A stretch of 31,198 bases of DNA from a candidate division WOR-3 bacterium (GTDB lineage: Bacteria > Hydrothermota > Tepidihabitantia > Tepidihabitantales > Tepidihabitantaceae). The translations under genes were made by a program, and so were the position numbers. This document shows, piece by piece, positions 25,525-31,198 of this stretch (its first letter is position 1; each line of letters opens with the position of its first letter). The stretch spans positions 1-31,198 of the forward strand of contig CBFGKH010000014.1 of NCBI GenBank assembly GCA_965649295.1, written 5' to 3'. The notes under the pieces were generated by a model. The model made no database searches and was not told the DNA's origin. It saw only the letters and a program-made list of their open reading frames with translations.

Positions 25525-28500
25525 ATGAGAAGACGTGTGACAGCTCTGCTACTCATCCTCGGAGTAGCGGCAGCGGCACTGGCCTCACCGGAACGGGTCG
25601 AACCGACAACTCAGTTCCTAGGCTTGATGCCGGGTGCTGAGTCGAAGTTCGAGCTGGATGCCACATGGCAAAACAGCCCAATCTACAGCCCCACCGGTGG
25701 AGCCACGCTGCGCGACATGGTGGTCGCGAGCAAGATCAAGGGGCCGAACGATGACACGTCCCGTGTCATTGTCGTCCAGTCCGCTTCCCCGCGCAATGTC
25801 TTGATGTACACCGACATTGCCCTGAGCGGACCGCCGGTGTGGCGCGAGGACATCATCTACACTGAACCATCAGTCGGTGGCCACGGCCTCGCGGTCGGCG
25901 ACGTTGACGGCGACAACCAGAATGAAATCGTCTGGGGCCAGACCGTCAACGCCTCAGTCGCGCCGGCCCTTCGAATGGCGAAGTGGAACGGCAGCACTTT
26001 CTCGGTCTCGACTATCTACACCCACACGGCGGTCAACTTCTACATTGCCGACATAGCTATCGGCGATGCCGACAATGTTCCCGGCAACAACCTGGACATC
26101 ATCTTCGCCATCGGTGCCGCATCCGCGACCGGAACCGGTCAGATCCGCCGCGCCGTCTGGACCGGCAGCACGTGGTCGAACACGCTTGTCTATTCAACAC
26201 CCTACTCAGTCTATGGCGTTGCCATCGGTGACGTGGACAAGATATACCCGGGCAACGAGGTCATCGGCGTCACTCCGGGCGCAGCAACCAGCGTCAGCCT
26301 CTACCGCTCATGGTGGAACCCGGCCACGTCCACGTGGGTGAACAGCGCGCTCACCTGGTCGTTGAACAACCTCGACTTCTACGACTGCGCCATCGGCGAT
26401 GTGGACCCGAACCAGCCCGGCGATGAATTGGTCGTCAACGTCACCGGCTCGCTGGTAACGACCTACGGCTCTATCGCCATGATTTACACTAGCCCGGGTG
26501 GAGTCTGGTCGTACGTTGGTCTCTATGCTCCGGCCGCGACTACTGACTGGGGCGCATTTGGTGAGATTGCAGTCGGCGACTTCAACGGCGACAAGATTGG
26601 CCAGGAGATTATTGCCACTCCCGGCGACGTTTCCGGCCGAGCGGTCCGAATGGTACGACTTGTTGACAACCAGCCCTCGCCGTGGGTGGTCAACGAGGCT
26701 GTTTACACGCCGACTGGCACCAACTACGGCGTAGCCATCGGCGATGTCAACAAGTGGCGTGGCTACAACGCCGAGCTCGTCACCGGCAACCTCACCGACC
26801 TGCGGCTGGTCGAGCAGGTCCTGCCTGCCGACAATGACGTTGGCGTGATGGGATTCTGGGTGAAGAGCTACACGGCGGTTGTTGGCGTGCCGCAGACATT
26901 CGTGGTCCGCATTGGCAACTACAGCACCAACCCAATCAGCAACATCCCGGTGTACTACGACGTCGGTTCCGGCCCGGTCACGGAAACCTACACCGGTACG
27001 ATTCAGCCCAACTCCTTCTTTGATTACGAGTTCACCCCGGCCAGCAACTGGACCCCGGCTGCTACCGGTGCTCCGACCGTCACTGTCGGCGTAAACCTCA
27101 CCGGCGACCCGGTTGCAGCGAACAACACGATGTCCGAGGTCGTGCCCGTCTTCGTTTCCGGTACGGTCGTTGGCCAGCTCTTCAACACCTACTACTTCCC
27201 GCGCGGCTGGTCACATCGGAACCTGGTGATTCCGCCCGGTAACTATCCGGTCTTTAGCTGGGAACACAACATCGCCGCCGCGGCAACGACCTCTCCACCC
27301 GCGACCACGCTCGAAGGCAACATGATGCGGTTCCGCTCCTACAACTTCCCGAGCGGCTACGAGGCCGAACTGAAACTGCCGACTTTCAACACCGGTCCAT
27401 CACCCCAAAAAGTGATGCTCAAGTTCTACCAGTACACCTACAACATCGGCAACGACAGCATCTGGATTGACTGGTCAACCGACGGCATCAACTTCACCCC
27501 GGCCGTGGGCCTGCCCAACAACACGGGTGTGACGGCCTGGACCGCTCGGACAGTTGATGTCCGCGACTTCCCGGCAAACCGCGACGTCACGCTGCGCCTG
27601 CGCGGTGTGAGCCGTTTCGGCTACAACATGTACATTGACTCGCTGCGCTGCTACCTCGACGTACCCACGAGCCCGATGAACGACGTCGGCGTAACGCAGG
27701 TTTCGGTTCCCACGCCATTCACCATCGCTGTCGGCGCTAATGCCTACCCGCGGGTGAGAATTCAGAACTTCGGTCTCGCCCCGCAGACTTCGATTCCGAT
27801 TACGTTCACTCAGGGCACGTCGGTCGTCAACTACACTTGGACCGGCATACTGCCGGATGGTGCGTTTGTTGACGTTGACTTCCCGACACCATGGGTTCCG
27901 ACCACCGACGGCCAGTTGCCAATCAGCGCTACAACCAACCTGCCTGGTGACGCCAACCCGGCCAACGATGCTGCTAGCGGCACAGCCGATGTCTTTGTCG
28001 CCGGCACCGTTGTCGGCCAGCTCTTCAACGCCACGGCCTTCCCGCCACCCGGCTGGAGTCAGGTGCTGATTGCGCCGGCGACGCTCGGCTGGAGCCGGGT
28101 TACGACAACCTCCTATCCGTCCGGCTACAACCCGCTCGAAGGCGCCGGGATGACACGGTATCCCTGCTACAGCGTGAGCTCTGGCGGTGCCCGCCTCATC
28201 TCCCATCCGTTCACGCTCACTGCTGGTCAGGACGTCAATACCGACTACTGGATTCTCCACAGCACGTACTACGACTATCCCGACTCGCTCTATCTTGAAT
28301 ACACTATTGACGGCGGTGCTACCTGGATCAAGTTCGACAGTATCCGACCATACAACGCGAGCTATCCAACCCCAACCTGGGTCAAGTACAGCAAGCTGAT
28401 CGGCACCTTTGGCCCGGGCACCACGATGCAGATTGGCTACCGCGCTCGCAGCGCTTGGTGGCTCGACATCTACCTCGACTCGCTCCGCACCTATGTGACG

Positions 28501-31198
28501 CCGCCGACTGCTCCCATCACCGACATCGGTGTCCAGAACATCACCCCGTTCCCGAACCCGATGTTCACCGGTACGCCCTACCCGGTCACCGTCATGCTGC
28601 GCAACTATGGGGTCACGCCAATCCCCAATCCGCAGGTGACCTACGACCCGGGTGATGGTTCAGCGTCGGTTACCGAGGTCTTCCCCGGCACGTTGCCGCC
28701 GCTGACGATGAACATCCCATTCACATTCACGACGCCTTACACACCGACGACCGCGGGCGGCCCGTACACCTTCAAGGCCTACACCAGCCTGCCCGGTGAC
28801 CAGAACCTCGCTAACGATACGTCCTCGCGCTCAATCACGGTCTGCCCGTTCGCCCACACCGTCCCCTACACCAAGGACTTCGACGAAGCCTGGACCAACT
28901 CGACCAACCCGCCGTTCTGCGGCTGGACCATCATTGACGGTGGCTCCCAGTCACCACCGGTCGTGGACAACAACGACTGGCACATGTACCTCGACGCCAC
29001 CAAAGGAAGTCAGGTCGCCCGTATCTACTACTCGCCAACTGAATGGTCGGATGACTGGCTCATATCCCCGCGTCTTGACTGCTCAGCTCCGCTCCAGTAC
29101 ACCCTGAGCTTCTATAACTACTACTACGATTACAGCTCGTCGTCCATGGACTCCGGCGACGTGATTATCTCGCTCGACGGCGGTGCCACCTTCCCGCTCG
29201 CCAACCGCGTTGCTCACTACTCCAACACCACGGTTCCGCGCGGCGTTCAGACCTATGACATCACCAACATTGTCGCCGGCCAGAATAACGTCAAGGTCGG
29301 CTTCCACTATGTCGCCTACGACGAGTGGTACTGGCTCATTGACGACTTCTCGGTCACGGCAGTGCCGTTCGCACCGGTTCTTACCGGCCCGGCCAATGGC
29401 AGTGCCATCAATGTCCAGCCGACCTTCACCTGGAACGCTTCGGCCGGCGCGAACCTCTACAAGATCGAAATCTCGACCGACGGCGTAACTTGGCCAATCT
29501 TCGACATCACTGCTAACACTTCCTACAACTACTGGGACGTCCTTGCTGACGGCACCTACTACTGGCGCGTCTCAGCCTCGGCTGACAACGGCACGACTTG
29601 GGGCTCGGCCTCGACAGTCTGGTCGTTTGACCTCGACACCGAAGTACCGGGTGCAGCCACACTGCTCACCCCTGCCAACGGTGCCACCGACGTCAGCCTG
29701 CGGCCAGAGTTCACCTGGACCGAGGTTACCTTTGCCAAGACGAAGAAAGCTGAACTCGGCAATGCGCAGTCGCTCGATGCCACGCCGGTGACCTACCGCC
29801 TGCAGGTTGCCACGAGTCCAGACTTCAGTGATCCTTACATTGATGCCCTCGGCCTCACCGACGAAACCTACACCCCTAGCTTCGACCTCGACTACGTCAC
29901 CGAGTACTTCTGGCGTGTTCAGGCCTCGGACGCAGTCAATACTGGCCCGTGGAGCTCCGTCTTCAGCTTCACGACCATCCCGACCGCTGCTCCGACCCTG
30001 ATTGAGCCGATTGATGGCGCTCAGCTCACCAGTGACGAAGTTCACTTTGAGTGGAACGCTTCGACTGGTGCGAACTACTACTGGCTCCAGGTCGCTACCG
30101 ACGCTGGTTTCAACGACCTCGTAATTGACGAGGACGGCATTGACGACCTCTTCTACGACGACTTCTTCGATGATGGCGTTTACTACTGGCGTGTCGCTTC
30201 GTCGCCCAACGACGAAGACTACGGCCCGTGGTCGGCGGTCTGGACCTTTGAGGTTGATGCCAATGCTCCTGTGGCACCGGTGCTGGTCACGCCCGCACCC
30301 AATGCCACCGACGTCCCGATTGACGTGACGTTCGACTGGGAGCCGGTCACCCTCAAGGCCCGTAAGAACCTCGCCGCCAAGAAGGGTCTTGGCACCGACT
30401 CGCCGATTGAGGAATACCACCTCGTCGTCTCCCCCAATCCCGACTACTCTGACCCGATCTACGACGTCGCAATCCTCGGCACCGAGACCGAGTTTGCCCA
30501 GCCCGGTCCCACCTACCTGAACTACCTGACTCGCTACTACTGGAAGGTCTGGGCAGTTGACGCCTTCGGTAACGTCGGCGACCCGGCCGAGGCCACGTTC
30601 ATGACCGCCGAAGAGGCCCCGGCTGCCTTCAATCTGCTCACTCCGCCCAACAACGCGACTGGTGTGGCAACGAGTGGCAACCTGACCTGGGAGCCGGCTG
30701 CTCGCGCTGTCAACTACGACGTCTATCTCAGCAAGACCAACCCGCCGACCTTGTATCAGGCCAATGTGACTGGCACCAGCCTGGCCTACACTGGCCTTGA
30801 CAACAGCTCGGTTTACTACTGGCAGGTCGTGGCCAAGAATGCCGGCGGCAACACGCCTTCGGCAGTCTGGCAGTTCACGACTACCTCCGGAATGCCGGGT
30901 GGTTGGTATGCTCGCCGCGACTCAATGACCGGTGGCCCGGTCCGTGACGGCGGCGGCATCACCTACAACGCCGACAAAGGCTTGATGTATGCCATCAAGG
31001 GCGGCAAGACGAATGAGTTCTGGCAGTACAACCCGGTCGAGACGACCTGGACCAAGCTCACTGACGTCACCGCTGGCACCAAGCCGGTCAACAAAGGCGC
31101 AGCCATCACCACCGGCGGCGGGTTCGTCTATGTGCTGAAGGGCAACAACACCTACGACTTCTACAAGTACGACATCGAGGCTGGGACCTGGGCTGCCT
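25525..31198 (+). CDS. Giant (>1,890 aa) secreted surface protein/adhesin, truncated by the right edge; not in ORF track
   Basis: AAGGAGG + ATG, open to the window end. Signal peptide MRRRVTALLLILGVAAAALA; FG-GAP-like repeats (A.GD.D...E; ~25660-26815); 3x [CARDB-like + cleaved-adhesin/MAM-like] (~26830-29360); 5 FN3-like domains (AP.L..P.NG..W..Y..YYWRV; ~29370-30890); Kelch-like repeats (Y..KG..T..F..Y.....W) from ~30900. Strong C-ending codon bias. Confidence 0.93.
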   Translation, partial: MRRRVTALLLILGVAAAALASPERVEPTTQFLGLMPGAESKFELDATWQNSPIYSPTGGATLRDMVVASKIKGPNDDTSRVIVVQSASPRNVLMYTDIALSGPPVWREDIIYTEPSVGGHGLAVGDVDGDNQNEIVWGQTVNASVAPALRMAKWNGSTFSVSTIYTHTAVNFYIADIAIGDADNVPGNNLDIIFAIGAASATGTGQIRRAVWTGSTWSNTLVYSTPYSVYGVAIGDVDKIYPGNEVIGVTPGAATSVSLYRSWWNPATSTWVNSALTWSLNNLDFYDCAIGDVDPNQPGDELVVNVTGSLVTTYGSIAMIYTSPGGVWSYVGLYAPAATTDWGAFGEIAVGDFNGDKIGQEIIATPGDVSGRAVRMVRLVDNQPSPWVVNEAVYTPTGTNYGVAIGDVNKWRGYNAELVTGNLTDLRLVEQVLPADNDVGVMGFWVKSYTAVVGVPQTFVVRIGNYSTNPISNIPVYYDVGSGPVTETYTGTIQPNSFFDYEFTPASNWTPAATGAPTVTVGVNLTGDPVAANNTMSEVVPVFVSGTVVGQLFNTYYFPRGWSHRNLVIPPGNYPVFSWEHNIAAAATTSPPATTLEGNMMRFRSYNFPSGYEAELKLPTFNTGPSPQKVMLKFYQYTYNIGNDSIWIDWSTDGINFTPAVGLPNNTGVTAWTARTVDVRDFPANRDVTLRLRGVSRFGYNMYIDSLRCYLDVPTSPMNDVGVTQVSVPTPFTIAVGANAYPRVRIQNFGLAPQTSIPITFTQGTSVVNYTWTGILPDGAFVDVDFPTPWVPTTDGQLPISATTNLPGDANPANDAASGTADVFVAGTVVGQLFNATAFPPPGWSQVLIAPATLGWSRVTTTSYPSGYNPLEGAGMTRYPCYSVSSGGARLISHPFTLTAGQDVNTDYWILHSTYYDYPDSLYLEYTIDGGATWIKFDSIRPYNASYPTPTWVKYSKLIGTFGPGTTMQIGYRARSAWWLDIYLDSLRTYVTPPTAPITDIGVQNITPFPNPMFTGTPYPVTVMLRNYGVTPIPNPQVTYDPGDGSASVTEVFPGTLPPLTMNIPFTFTTPYTPTTAGGPYTFKAYTSLPGDQNLANDTSSRSITVCPFAHTVPYTKDFDEAWTNSTNPPFCGWTIIDGGSQSPPVVDNNDWHMYLDATKGSQVARIYYSPTEWSDDWLISPRLDCSAPLQYTLSFYNYYYDYSSSSMDSGDVIISLDGGATFPLANRVAHYSNTTVPRGVQTYDITNIVAGQNNVKVGFHYVAYDEWYWLIDDFSVTAVPFAPVLTGPANGSAINVQPTFTWNASAGANLYKIEISTDGVTWPIFDITANTSYNYWDVLADGTYYWRVSASADNGTTWGSASTVWSFDLDTEVPGAATLLTPANGATDVSLRPEFTWTEVTFAKTKKAELGNAQSLDATPVTYRLQVATSPDFSDPYIDALGLTDETYTPSFDLDYVTEYFWRVQASDAVNTGPWSSVFSFTTIPTAAPTLIEPIDGAQLTSDEVHFEWNASTGANYYWLQVATDAGFNDLVIDEDGIDDLFYDDFFDDGVYYWRVASSPNDEDYGPWSAVWTFEVDANAPVAPVLVTPAPNATDVPIDVTFDWEPVTLKARKNLAAKKGLGTDSPIEEYHLVVSPNPDYSDPIYDVAILGTETEFAQPGPTYLNYLTRYYWKVWAVDAFGNVGDPAEATFMTAEEAPAAFNLLTPPNNATGVATSGNLTWEPAARAVNYDVYLSKTNPPTLYQANVTGTSLAYTGLDNSSVYYWQVVAKNAGGNTPSAVWQFTTTSGMPGGWYARRDSMTGGPVRDGGGITYNADKGLMYAIKGGKTNEFWQYNPVETTWTKLTDVTAGTKPVNKGAAITTGGGFVYVLKGNNTYDFYKYDIEAGTWAA

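Noticed and set aside
27475..30420. Minus-strand ORFs of 261 and 282 aa
   Set aside because: Antisense shadows of the strongly codon-biased giant plus-strand CDS.

Overview
Chromosomal window from a GC-rich bacterium. The gene content is Bacteroidota-like (PorY/PorX-type two-component pair, several proteins with T9SS/FlgD-type C-terminal domains, folP-cdaA, DUF2723 glycosyltransferases). The signals, however, are canonical sigma70 TTGAC..TAnnnT promoters and GGAGG Shine-Dalgarno sites, so an FCB-adjacent lineage such as WOR-3 is my inference, not a proven placement. Left to right: two tandem DUF2723/TMEM260-like membrane glycosyltransferase genes (the first truncated by the window edge and sharing 111 identical nt with the second), cdaA, folP, rocD, porX-like regulator plus histidine kinase, GNAT, purM, then a long minus-strand run (tRNA-Arg(ACG), tadA, tRNA-Ser(CGA), M6 metalloprotease, 14-repeat secreted protein, membrane protein, nadB, xerD), a GNAT, a solo HerA-like ATPase, a small FlgD-CTD protein flanked by REP-like palindromes, and a >1,890-aa surface protein missing from the ORF track that sits behind a highly structured ~225-nt leader. 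Most notable: tadA is wedged between its substrate tRNA and a tRNA-Ser that holds its stop codon; the structured leader has mutually exclusive pairings; secreted proteins share basic segments ending in Asp (possible maturation sites); and the DUF2723 paralogs show an apparent gene-conversion tract. No CRISPR array, transposase, reverse transcriptase or prophage was seen.
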